Shown here: positions 1 to 9,638 of the stretch, piece by piece | Layout of the letters: the number at the start of each line of letters is the position of its first letter | How positions within the stretch are numbered: position 1 is the stretch's first letter | Source: Candidatus Cloacimonadota bacterium | GTDB taxonomy: Bacteria; Cloacimonadota; Cloacimonadia; Cloacimonadales; WRIO01 | Reading direction: 5' to 3' | Assembly: GCA_029564175.1 (NCBI GenBank) | Contig: JAKQQL010000260.1 | Span: forward strand, 1-41,732 | Length of the DNA: 41,732 nt | Translations under genes and position numbers: made by a program | The notes under the pieces: model-generated | Told to the model about the DNA's origin: nothing | Databases searched by the model: none | What the model saw: only the letters and a program-made list of their open reading frames with translations

Positions 1-162
1 TGGTATGAAGATAAAATCGTTGAAGCAGAATTGTATCAAAATAAAGAAATTGCATAACATACTTAAAATATGAAAGTTATCATGATAGTGTGTCTGTTTT
101 TAAATAAATTTATCAAGGACTTACATGTCGGAAAGATGAGAAGTAATATTATAGGAGGACTT

Positions 163-2202
163 ATGTTAAAAAAAAGCAGTACTTTGTTCAGTTTTTTAGT
201 GTTTTGTTTGATGTTGTATTGTGAACATGGAATTCAGCATTTATCTTATGGTGCTCCCTTATCTGAGATTAGTGGAAATGATTCCGTTTTGCATTTCATC
301 AACAGTCTGGGATATACGACTTACAATCTGGAAACAGATGAAACGACGTACATCCCGGTCAATGAAAATCATTTTAATAATATGAAAGTCTGCACAGATT
401 TATCAGGAAATGCCTGGTATATGACTTATGATGATAACAATATCCAGTTATTATGTATCGAAAATAATGAAAAAGTCTTTTTTGATACTGGAATACAGAT
501 TAACTCAGGATATGAGCCATCCATATTATATATCGACAGACAAAATCGTCTATGGTTTAGGGGTAATTCTTCACAATTAATGAGTTTTGATATCAACACC
601 CATGAATTTACAACTTATCAGAATGTCATAAGTCCGAGAGCTATGATTCAGGATAGCCGTGATCAATCCCTTTGGGTCTCTTCCTTATCTGGTCTGTATC
701 GTTATATCAATGGGGAATGGAGCTTTATCAACTCAATAGATGGTATTTTTTTATCCGATATTTGGCAATTTGTTCAAACAGCTGATGGGACGATGTGGTT
801 TAGAAGTTATTATAATTTATACAAAATTTCCGATAATTCCTGCATAAATATGAATTTGAATGTAGGCTTATCTAATAAGAATATGTACACTATAGAAAAT
901 AAAATCTACGTCATCTCCGATTATAAATTGTATATCTATGATACAATCAGTAATCAGCTTACTGAAACGGCTTATCTATATGTCTACTCAATGTTTGCAA
1001 ATGACCAGACCGTTTTTATTCATAATTACAGCGGTTTACAAAAACTAGGAGATATTCCGCTTACTTTGTATCCGGGTAACTTTAATTTCCCTTACTTGAT
1101 TCAGGATATGAAAAAGTCTCCTGTCGATCAGTCTGTATGGGTTTTTTCAACTTATATGCTGGCTAAACTTCAGAATAGTCAATGGACATATTATCCATTT
1201 AATCTGGATAATCCAGATACTGCATTTCTCTATCAGATGGCTATAAATCATAATAATGAGATCTATGCATACTTATATGATGATGTTAATCTGGTGAATC
1301 AGATTGTCCGTTTTAATTTTAACAGCAATACCTGGGATTTGGTCATAGCACTTGATACCTACATTCATTCAGGATTTTTCTTTGATAATGAAAACCGGCT
1401 ATGGTTTATTTATAATGACGCCATCACTTATCTGCAAAATAATGAGATACACAGTTTCCCCAGCACAACTGATTTTTCAAACAGAAATTTACAATTAGAT
1501 CAGCAAAATCATGTTTGCTACAACAATCTGACTGGAATTTATTTTTATAATGAAAATACAAACAGCTTCACTTCAATTCCCATTTCTGATGTAGATAATT
1601 TTATTGCCATTAGTCCATCCAATTACTGGTACTGCCAAAATGGTATGATTTATCATGTGACAGATAATGCGACAACAAGTGATACATTATCATCATCCTC
1701 TCGTTTAGCATTAGACAATCAAAATAATCTCTGGTTATATACTTATCCTGGTTTAGCCAAATATACAGAAGAGGGATTAGTCTCACTTTTCGAAATAAGA
1801 TATCATTATGAATTGTCCCGTTTTCTCATTGATTCTGAAAACAATATCTATATGAGTGATCACACAGATTTATACATTTTTAAAGAAAATGAGATGGTTC
1901 ATACTGATAGCCATATCCTCCCAGCAGATGATATGAAACTACAAAATTATCCGAATCCTTTCAACCCCAGCACCACGATCAGTTACAATCTTAAAAAAGA
2001 GGAAAAGATTGAACTCGCTGTCTATAACCTCAAAGGGCAGAAAGTGAATACGCTTGTCTCAGAACTTCAGCCTTCAGGAGAGCATCAGATTGTTTGGAAT
2101 GGACATGATCAGGAAGGAAAACCTGTCTCTTCAGGAATCTATTTTTACAGATTAAGAACAGGAACCTCCAGTCAGATTAAAAAGATGATTCTAATGAAGT
2201 AG
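163..2202 (+). CDS. Secreted beta-propeller (two-component-regulator-propeller-like repeats) protein with C-terminal FlgD-Ig/T9SS-type sorting domain
   Basis: ORF 70..2202; GGAGG just before ATG 163 gives a signal-peptide-like start (MLKKSSTLFSFLVFCLMLYC); repeated 'D.qn.LW' propeller motifs; C-terminal NYPNPFNPSTTISY...VYNLKGQKV...WNG.D..GKPVSSGIYFYRL. Confidence 0.8.
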   Translation: MLKKSSTLFSFLVFCLMLYCEHGIQHLSYGAPLSEISGNDSVLHFINSLGYTTYNLETDETTYIPVNENHFNNMKVCTDLSGNAWYMTYDDNNIQLLCIENNEKVFFDTGIQINSGYEPSILYIDRQNRLWFRGNSSQLMSFDINTHEFTTYQNVISPRAMIQDSRDQSLWVSSLSGLYRYINGEWSFINSIDGIFLSDIWQFVQTADGTMWFRSYYNLYKISDNSCINMNLNVGLSNKNMYTIENKIYVISDYKLYIYDTISNQLTETAYLYVYSMFANDQTVFIHNYSGLQKLGDIPLTLYPGNFNFPYLIQDMKKSPVDQSVWVFSTYMLAKLQNSQWTYYPFNLDNPDTAFLYQMAINHNNEIYAYLYDDVNLVNQIVRFNFNSNTWDLVIALDTYIHSGFFFDNENRLWFIYNDAITYLQNNEIHSFPSTTDFSNRNLQLDQQNHVCYNNLTGIYFYNENTNSFTSIPISDVDNFIAISPSNYWYCQNGMIYHVTDNATTSDTLSSSSRLALDNQNNLWLYTYPGLAKYTEEGLVSLFEIRYHYELSRFLIDSENNIYMSDHTDLYIFKENEMVHTDSHILPADDMKLQNYPNPFNPSTTISYNLKKEEKIELAVYNLKGQKVNTLVSELQPSGEHQIVWNGHDQEGKPVSSGIYFYRLRTGTSSQIKKMILMK

Positions 2203-2240
2203 CATTTTTTGAGACAGGGAACTTTGTTTTTAAGTATGCG

Positions 2241-2273
2241 ACAAGCAGATTATACATCTACAATCTGCTTGTC
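2241..2273. terminator. Hairpin between convergent genes, probable bidirectional terminator
   Basis: ACAAGCAGATT...AATCTGCTTGT inverted repeat between stops at 2202(+) and 2298(-). Confidence 0.55.
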
Positions 2274-2297
2274 ATTTTAGAAATAGGACTACTTCGT

Positions 2298-3443
2298 TTA
2301 GATATCACAGTTTAAATTTTCTGTTTTATTGATAGCACATTTGACATGCTTCACGAATAACTCAACGTAGAAGAAGATCGTAAAAGCAATCATCATCATA
2401 AATAAACCATACAACAACTTACTTTGCATTACAATATTGTAAGTGAAAGCACCCAAAACAACAAAAGCGACAAGAGGACAAATAAAGCCCCATTGGGAAA
2501 CATAAAAGTCCTTGAAATGATTGTTTTTGAAATAGTCTTTTAACAAGAATAAGCCAAATACTAAATACCAGATTTCAAAAGCAAAGGAAATGCCAATGAC
2601 CAAATAAAAATAGTAATCAAGATGAAATCCATGATGAGCTTCTAAATAATGACCTAATCTGAAAAAGCTAATTGCAAAAAGCGTAATATTGGGGATTACA
2701 ATCAAAAAACTGGGTAAAAATTGTTTCTCAGGCAAACCTTGTTTTTCAAAATGACTTTTGAATAACACAATCAGTTTAATTAAAAATAAAAACAAACCCA
2801 TCGAAAGTGAAATAAGGCTAAGAAAGGCTGCTGTTTCAGCTATCTGTACGTTTTTTGACATAGCAGCGATACCGGTTCCCACTGTAGATAGCATCCCTAA
2901 TAAAAATGAATGGAGTAGCCATCCAAAATTAATTTTTTCTATATCAAAGCCTCTAGTGAACGAGATACTGAGTAATTTTATTTCGGTATAGAGAATCAAA
3001 ACAAATAAAAAGACCCAAAATATCAATGCAGGCAAGAAAAGACTTTGAAAATTCTCTGACATTGCTGGGATAAAGTATCTAATCGGGCCAATAAATAAAT
3101 TCATGGTCATTAAAAGAGAAATAAATGGTGCTAAGATAGATGCATTTTTTAATGGATCATTAATCAATTTCTTCAATTTCCCTGCTTTTATCCAATTGAC
3201 TAGTTTGTATCCAAACCACATTGTCAGAACAAAATGCAATATTGTGAACGCTACCATGATGAATTCAAGCGAATAATAATATCCTGCTGTGATATTCGTA
3301 AATCCATTTTGCCATAATTGGGATCTGGTGATTAAACCTTTTCCATGTTCGACTGTATATTGCATCAGAACAAAAGGCATGACGGCAATTCCTCCAGCTC
3401 CTAACGATGCAAGAAATACAAGTGGTGAAAATTCTTTTTTCAT
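2298..3443 (-). CDS. Polytopic membrane protein, TsoY-family-like (TDT/SLAC1-like fold)
   Basis: 381 aa, about 9-10 hydrophobic segments; N-terminal FSPLVFLASLGAGG motif recalls the TsoY family; GGAGG RBS upstream (3449-3453 on -). Confidence 0.55.
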   Translation of the reverse strand: MKKEFSPLVFLASLGAGGIAVMPFVLMQYTVEHGKGLITRSQLWQNGFTNITAGYYYSLEFIMVAFTILHFVLTMWFGYKLVNWIKAGKLKKLINDPLKNASILAPFISLLMTMNLFIGPIRYFIPAMSENFQSLFLPALIFWVFLFVLILYTEIKLLSISFTRGFDIEKINFGWLLHSFLLGMLSTVGTGIAAMSKNVQIAETAAFLSLISLSMGLFLFLIKLIVLFKSHFEKQGLPEKQFLPSFLIVIPNITLFAISFFRLGHYLEAHHGFHLDYYFYLVIGISFAFEIWYLVFGLFLLKDYFKNNHFKDFYVSQWGFICPLVAFVVLGAFTYNIVMQSKLLYGLFMMMIAFTIFFYVELFVKHVKCAINKTENLNCDI

Positions 3444-4211
3444 GTTATCCTCCGGTTTTTTAATTTTGAATTTCTATATAAATGCCTGCCTCATTTTTAT
3501 GATCGATAGACAGACATGATGATTAATCGTTATATTTTTTACTTCCTTTTCTTTTTATCAATAATTTACCTTAATATATTTAAAAGGCATTTCTATTAAA
3601 AGTTTAAAATACCTTATGGTTGATACTATAAACTATTAAAAATATGGCAGCAAAAATGTCAAGTAAAAAATTAAGAGGGCTTGTTTCTTGCTTTAAAACA
3701 TGCTGAAAGATACAGTCTATCATCTTCTTAAAAAGAGAGATAGCACGTTGACTTAAATTGGCAGGAATATGACTCATCAAAAGTATGAAAAAATAGTGAT
3801 TTTTCAAAAGAGTAGTATCATTTGATTTTGTTAAAGGGGATTTTGAGCCATTTTCAATTCGTTCATACAGAAAATAATGACTCAAGCTGCCAGAATGCGT
3901 AGTCACCCTCCTTTATCACTAATTTAGAAAGCACTTGCTTGCACAATAAATAGCTGTTAAAATTCAAGCGCATCCTGACAAAGATTTGCCAATATGATAA
4001 ACCTAATATTTTACTCGATTTTCCAAAAGTTTCCTTATTGCATCCTTTTAGCTTCCTATAGGAATACTTTATGAGTATCAGTAAAAAAAATTAGATTATT
4101 ATTGTATTTCAAAGGATTGAAATCTGATCGAAAATCTTTTTTCTTGCCAAAAACACCCGCCAGTTTTTCTTATCCTGAGAGAGAATATAATTTCAATATA
4201 AAGAGGAATAA

Positions 4212-5231
4212 ATGGCAAGAAAAAAAACAAGTCCAAAAGGCAAATCTGGTAAATCTAAAAACGCATGGGCTTTCCCATTAATTGCACTGGCAATTGTTTC
4301 TATATTGTTCTATTACATAGTCTTCCATGTTAGCAACAGCAAACAAGAAGTTGAAATACATCCCATTAAGAAAAGTAAAAAAATTGCACAGAAAGCCAAA
4401 CCGGTCAAACAGGACACCGTTTATGCAGAGATGGCTGATAATCAGACTCAGGAAGAAACAATTCCTGAAGAACCTGCAGAAGAAGCAATAGAAACCCCAA
4501 AGCCTGTCCTAACAGAAAAAGGGAAGTATTATACGGTTGATTCAAAACTTCCAAAAATCTGCATCATTGTCGATGACTTCGGATACATAGAAGGGAAACT
4601 GCTCAATGACTTTCTGAGTTTAGACAAAGAAATCGCTTTTTCTATTTTACCAGGTCTTAAACACAGTGTCTCTACGATGAAAAAAGCAGTTCAAAATGGC
4701 AATGAAGTCTTGATTCATGCACCTTTGGAACCAGAATCCTATCCAAAAGATAATCCAGGAGATAATGCGATTTTGGTAAAAATGGATGATCAGAGCATCA
4801 AAAAACAAATGAATGACTACATCAAAGAATTAAATCTGGCAATAGGCGTCAATCATCACATGGGAAGTAAAGCCGCTGCTGATACACGGGTAATGAACGC
4901 TGTCATGTCAAAAGTAAAAGAAAACGGATTATTCTATATTGATAGTTATACGAATGACAAATCAGTCGTTGAATCTACTGCAAAAAGTTTCAATGTTGCA
5001 TTTGCAAAACGTCGTCAGTTCCTTGATGTGCCTGAATCTTCAAAAAACAGAGCTATTCAGAAAGTAGAAGAAATCAAGAAGATGAAAGGAAATCTGATTG
5101 TTGTCATTACACACTGCCATAATGATGTCAAGTTACGCCAGTTAAAATTCTTTATTGAACGTCTGAAAGATAATCATTACCAGATTATTCCACCTTCCAA
5201 AGCCGTTAGGATTAAAGAGACCCTGTTATAG
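4212..5231 (+). CDS. Divergent polysaccharide deacetylase family protein (YibQ-like) with N-terminal membrane anchor
   Basis: IIVDDFG, EVLIHAPLEP, GVNHHMGS and FYIDS motifs; GAGGA RBS. Confidence 0.9.
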   Translation: MARKKTSPKGKSGKSKNAWAFPLIALAIVSILFYYIVFHVSNSKQEVEIHPIKKSKKIAQKAKPVKQDTVYAEMADNQTQEETIPEEPAEEAIETPKPVLTEKGKYYTVDSKLPKICIIVDDFGYIEGKLLNDFLSLDKEIAFSILPGLKHSVSTMKKAVQNGNEVLIHAPLEPESYPKDNPGDNAILVKMDDQSIKKQMNDYIKELNLAIGVNHHMGSKAAADTRVMNAVMSKVKENGLFYIDSYTNDKSVVESTAKSFNVAFAKRRQFLDVPESSKNRAIQKVEEIKKMKGNLIVVITHCHNDVKLRQLKFFIERLKDNHYQIIPPSKAVRIKETLL

Positions 5232-5458
5232 AAATTGAAAACATTGAGATTATGAGACTGTTTAAATTAAAGAGGCGATTAATCGGAAAATCAGGAAAAC
5301 AGCCATGAAAAAGTGGATATAAAATGCATTTTGAAAGTAATTTTCAGAATTGACATCATTATGAAAATTGTCATTTTTAAAATTTTATCTTAACTCTTGT
5401 AATTGCTCAAGTGCTTGTTATTATTTATAACTCGTATTTCTTCAAAATATCTATTAAT

Positions 5459-5618
5459 GAGTCCACTACAAAAAGCACATAAACCACAAAATACACAAAA
5501 AACACGAAAAAGCAGGCTTAAAAATGGTATTTTAAACTACTTTCCTGGATTTATAAAACATCATTTTCATCTTAAAGTGAACCTATATCTCATAAAACAG
5601 AGTTTTTATAGCAGACTC
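5459..5618. mobile_element. MITE, ~160 bp (inverted copy at 20732-20888)
   Basis: Imperfect TIRs GAGTCCACTACAAAAA / TTTTTATAGCAGACTC; interior aligns by eye with the reverse complement of 20732-20888. Confidence 0.75.
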
Positions 5619-5879
5619 ATTAATAAATTTAAAACGGTCCGTAGGGATGTGCGAAACGGAGCTTGCGAAGTGCCGTACATCCGAAAAACAGAAAGAAATA
5701 ACCTCGATCAATGTTTCAAACTGATTTCAATTTTCGCAAAGCGCGCAAAGTTCACAAAGAAAAATCTGTGTAATAAGTAGATTCTATAGGAATGAAAATC
5801 GCCTCGATCTATGTTTCAGACAGGTATCCTAAGCGGATTTACGGCTAATACCACCCCGTCACTTCGTGCCACCCCTCCA

Positions 5880-6012
5880 GAGTCTGTGCAAAAATAGATA
5901 AATAATTCTGTCGCATCTACGATGCTTGAACCGTAACTCACTATTTCCCCGTGGTTTCACCACGGGCTAGGATTCTTTCGTTCCTCCGGAACTCTTGTTT
6001 TTGCACAGGTTC
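5880..6012. mobile_element. MITE, 133 bp, with 4-bp TCCA target duplication
   Basis: TIRs GAGTCTGTGCAAAAA / TTTTTGCACAGGTTC (13/15); TCCA at 5876-5879 and 6013-6016. Confidence 0.75.
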
Positions 6013-6236
6013 TCCACGGGAGGGGAATACTTCGTTTCATTTCGCAAATCTCTACAAACCAATGAGAATATTGTCATTAATTATTTTTTTACTCCTGATT
6101 AGATATAACCTGAGTAGTTACTACTTATGAAGGATAAATCCCTTTTTCTCAAAGTTTGTAAATGCTGTTGTTAGCTTTTAAGCCCTAAAAATTAGGCAGT
6201 CTCGTAAAGTGGCTTTACTATTAATGAAAATATTTC

Positions 6237-6266
6237 TTGACAAAATTATCTTAAAATCAGTAATAT
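6237..6266 (+). promoter_or_regulatory. Putative sigma70 promoter of the hsd operon
   Basis: TTGACA (6237)-N18-TAATAT (6261). Confidence 0.45.
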
Positions 6267-6338
6267 TGATTTAAATAAATGATTTGATTAGGATTTCAAA
6301 AAAGAGTATCCTGATACTTCCTGATTTGGTAGGATAAA

Positions 6339-8414
6339 ATGCAAGGAAAACAACTTAAAAAATTAGAGGTCGAACTATGGAAAGCCGCAGACCAGCTCAG
6401 AGCAAATAGTAAACTGACTGCTTCAGAATACTCAATGCCTGTATTAGGACTTATATTTTTACGACACGCCTACAACCGCTTTCAGAAAGTAAAAGTGGAA
6501 GTAGAAAAAACTTTGCCTTCGCACCCACAAAGGGGCAGACGACAGTTGACCAAAAAAGACTTTGAAGAACAAAATTCAATGTTTCTGCCCGACAAGGCAC
6601 AGTTTGAATATCTGGTTTCATTGCCCGAGAGTGCGGACATTGGAGAAGCTATTGACAACGCAATGAAATTGATTGAGGACGAATACGACAACCTCAAAGG
6701 TGTATTGCCAAAGAACTTTTCCATTTTCAGTAAAGACTTATTGCGGGAATTGCTACGCATTTTCAACAAAGAAGTATTGCAAAAAGCCGAAGGCGATTTG
6801 TTCGGAAAGATTTACGAATATTTCCTTGGCAAATTCGCCATGACTGGAGCACAAGAAGGCGGAGAGTTTTTTACACCTATGAGTTTGGTACAAACCATTG
6901 TAAATGTAATTGAACCCGACCACGGAATTGTGTTCGACCCTGCCTGTGGCAGTGCGGGTATGTTTGTGCAAACGGGCTATTTTATTGAAAGCGAAGGGTT
7001 GAAACCTGCTGAAAAAGTTACTTTTTACGGACAGGAAAAAGCCGACCTCAATACCAAACTGGCAAAAATGAACTTAACCGTTCACGGACTGGAAGGCAAT
7101 ATTCAGGAAGGAAATACATTTTACGAAGACAAACACAACCTTGTGGGAGGTGCTGACTTTGTGATGGCAAATCCACCGTTTAATGTTGATGGTGTGGACA
7201 AAGCCAAAGATGCTGTAAAGAAAGACCCTCGTTTGATGATAGACGGCAAAGTAAACTTGCCGAAAAACGACAATGCCAATTATTTGTGGATTCAATATTT
7301 CTATAATTACCTGAAACCAACAGGCAGAGCAGGTTTTGTAATGGCTTCTTCTGCCAGCGATGCCGGGCATAGCGAAAAAGACATACGGGAAAAGCTGGTA
7401 AAGACTGGTGCAGTCGATGTGATGATGGCAATTGGCAATAACTTTTTCTATACTCGTTCATTGCCTTGTACTTTGTGGTTTTTTGACAGAGCAAAAGAAC
7501 AAGATATTGAAAGAAGAGACAAAGTGTTAATGCTCGATGCCCGAAAAATTTACCGTAAAGTAACCAGTAAAGTAAACGACTTTAGCCCCGAACAATTAAA
7601 AAACCTTATTTGTATTGTAAACCTTTACAGAGGCAATACCCAAAAGTTTGAAAGCACAGTAAAAGATTATTTACAAACGTCTGACGACTTAGCCAAAGAA
7701 ACAGCCGAAGCTACAACCGAACTGCAAAAGCAATTACAAAAGGTATTGAAAATTGTTAGTGATTTTGCAACTAGATACGCCAAAGAAAATAAGGATGCAC
7801 AAGTATTTATTGATGCCCTAAATATTGAAGAAACCGCAAGCATTTACGAGCAGCAAAACAAGCTGATTGCAGAAGCTAAAAATGCAAAAGCAGACATTAA
7901 TATTTTAGAAAGTATTGCCCATTTGTGCAAAACCTTACGTAAACCACAAGACAAACTCATTAAGCAATTACTGGATGCCATAAGCACAGCCACCAAAGAA
8001 TACCAACTGAGCAAAAACAAAGACTGGAAAGATTTAGATGTACGGGCAAAATATCTTTTGCCCCTGCAAGCCCTGCAACAGAAACTCAGTGGCAACCCTG
8101 ATGAGGAAGAATTCGGCCTGCTGCACGAAACCGAATATTTCTACAAACAAGCTCATTGGCTCACCAGCCGTTTCCCTGATGGTGTTTACACCGATGTGGA
8201 AGGGCTTTGCAAAGTAGTAACCCAAAGCGACATAGAAGCCAAGGACTGGAGCCTAAGCCCGGGCAGATATGTAGGCGTGGACACCAGCACCGATGAGGAC
8301 TTTGACTACGAAGAACGCCTGAACGAAATACATATTGAGTTGGAAGGATTGAATGAAGAAGCCATTGCTTTGGCAAAAATCATTTCTGAAAACTATAAAG
8401 AGTTGGCGATATGA
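6339..8414 (+). CDS. hsdM: Type I restriction-modification methyltransferase subunit M
   Basis: LWKAADQLRAN N-terminus, GEFFTP, FDPACGSAGM (SAM binding), ANPPFN catalytic motif, WSLSPGRYVG C-terminus. Confidence 0.97.
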   Translation: MQGKQLKKLEVELWKAADQLRANSKLTASEYSMPVLGLIFLRHAYNRFQKVKVEVEKTLPSHPQRGRRQLTKKDFEEQNSMFLPDKAQFEYLVSLPESADIGEAIDNAMKLIEDEYDNLKGVLPKNFSIFSKDLLRELLRIFNKEVLQKAEGDLFGKIYEYFLGKFAMTGAQEGGEFFTPMSLVQTIVNVIEPDHGIVFDPACGSAGMFVQTGYFIESEGLKPAEKVTFYGQEKADLNTKLAKMNLTVHGLEGNIQEGNTFYEDKHNLVGGADFVMANPPFNVDGVDKAKDAVKKDPRLMIDGKVNLPKNDNANYLWIQYFYNYLKPTGRAGFVMASSASDAGHSEKDIREKLVKTGAVDVMMAIGNNFFYTRSLPCTLWFFDRAKEQDIERRDKVLMLDARKIYRKVTSKVNDFSPEQLKNLICIVNLYRGNTQKFESTVKDYLQTSDDLAKETAEATTELQKQLQKVLKIVSDFATRYAKENKDAQVFIDALNIEETASIYEQQNKLIAEAKNAKADINILESIAHLCKTLRKPQDKLIKQLLDAISTATKEYQLSKNKDWKDLDVRAKYLLPLQALQQKLSGNPDEEEFGLLHETEYFYKQAHWLTSRFPDGVYTDVEGLCKVVTQSDIEAKDWSLSPGRYVGVDTSTDEDFDYEERLNEIHIELEGLNEEAIALAKIISENYKELAI
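8040..8067 (+). repeat. REP-like palindrome inside hsdM coding sequence
   Basis: GTACGGGCAAAATATCTTTTGCCCCTGC; same 28-nt architecture as the GTAGGGGCGAAAAATTTTTCGCCC(CTAC) REPs in the RAYT gene. Confidence 0.75.
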
Positions 8415-9601
8415 AGTGGAAAGAATATAGTTTGGATGAATTAATTCACATAAAGCACGGTTATGCTTTTAAAGGTGAGTTCTTTTCAGAAGAACCTACA
8501 GATGATATTTTATTAACGCCTGGAAACTTCGCTATTGGTGGAGGTTTCAAAGCACAAAAACTAAAATATTACAATGGTGATTTTCCAGTTGATTATATTT
8601 TAGAAGAGAATGATGTAATCGTAACAATGACGGATTTAAGTAAGGAAGCCGATACGCTTGGTTTTTCTGCTAAAGTTCCTGCTTGGAATGGGAAACGATT
8701 TTTACATAATCAACGAATAGGCATGGTAAAACTCAAAACGGATGATTTCGACCAGAATTATTTGTATTGGTTGATGCGAACTTTTCCATATCAGCGATTT
8801 GTTGCAAACGGAGCAACAGGAGCAACAGTAAAACATACTTCCCCAACAAAGATTTGCCAATACAAATTCACTGCCCCTGAAAATAAAGACAGACAACGAA
8901 AAATTGCCAGCATTTTATCGGCTTATGATGATTTGATAGAGAATAATTTGAAGCGGATAAAGTTGCTGGAGGAAAAGGCGTTTGTAAGTTATAAGTTGAT
9001 AGTGAAAAGTGAAAAGTTGGAAGAATTTTTAATTGAAGAAGTATGTGAAACATTAGGAGGCGGAACACCAGCAACAGGTGATAGGCGTTTTTGGGATGAG
9101 GGCGAAATACTTTGGTTTTCACCTACGGATTTGACTAAACACCATTCAATTGTCTTGTTGGAAAGTGAAAAGAAAATTACTGATTTGGGACTACAAAAGA
9201 GTTCAGCCAAGTTAGTCCCACCAAAAACAATTTTAATGACAAGCCGAGCCAGTATCGGTTATCTTGGATTGATAAACAAGCCTGCTTCAACAAATCAGGG
9301 TTTCATCAATATAGTTCCTTTCAATAAAAATCACAGAGCCTATATGCTTTTTGATTTGAAGAACAGAAAAGAAGAAATTATTGGTAATGCGAATGGTTCA
9401 ACTTTTTTAGAGATTTCAAAAGGTAAATTCAGGCAAATGAAAATTAAATTGCCTAAGGATGAAAAAGTATTGATTGATTTTGAGCAGGAGTTTGAAGTCA
9501 CTTTCAATTTCATTGAGAACCTCTTGAAGCAAAACACCAAACTCCGAGAGGCAAGAGATATTTTATTACCTAAACTGATGAACGGACAAATAGAAGTATA
9601 A
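8411..9601 (+). CDS. hsdS: Type I restriction-modification specificity subunit S
   Basis: Two TRDs; central QRKIASILSAYDDLIENN and terminal LREARDILLPKLMNGQIEV conserved regions; ATGA overlap with hsdM. Confidence 0.96.
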   Translation: MKWKEYSLDELIHIKHGYAFKGEFFSEEPTDDILLTPGNFAIGGGFKAQKLKYYNGDFPVDYILEENDVIVTMTDLSKEADTLGFSAKVPAWNGKRFLHNQRIGMVKLKTDDFDQNYLYWLMRTFPYQRFVANGATGATVKHTSPTKICQYKFTAPENKDRQRKIASILSAYDDLIENNLKRIKLLEEKAFVSYKLIVKSEKLEEFLIEEVCETLGGGTPATGDRRFWDEGEILWFSPTDLTKHHSIVLLESEKKITDLGLQKSSAKLVPPKTILMTSRASIGYLGLINKPASTNQGFINIVPFNKNHRAYMLFDLKNRKEEIIGNANGSTFLEISKGKFRQMKIKLPKDEKVLIDFEQEFEVTFNFIENLLKQNTKLREARDILLPKLMNGQIEV

Positions 9602-9638
9602 GGGTGTACCCTTGTGGATGCACAATAAAAAAGAAAAT

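Larger units (their letters stand above)
5254..6203. mobile_element. Composite stack of non-autonomous elements (MITEs and REP-like palindromes) bounded by GAGACTG...CAGTCTC
   Basis: Terminal GAGACTGTTTAAATT (5254) and AATTAGGCAGTCTC (ends 6203); internal pieces match repeats at 13679-13869, 16536-16773, 20732-20888, 38712-38796 and 41224-41601. Confidence 0.65.

Noticed and set aside
3604..3906. 100-aa minus-strand ORF
   Set aside because: Its GTG abuts the AAGGAGG, composition looks non-coding and no domain is recognisable.
8411..9601. hsdS shufflon or invertible phase variation
   Set aside because: Only one hsdS, no silent TRD copies, no tyrosine or serine recombinase, and no obvious simple-sequence tract.
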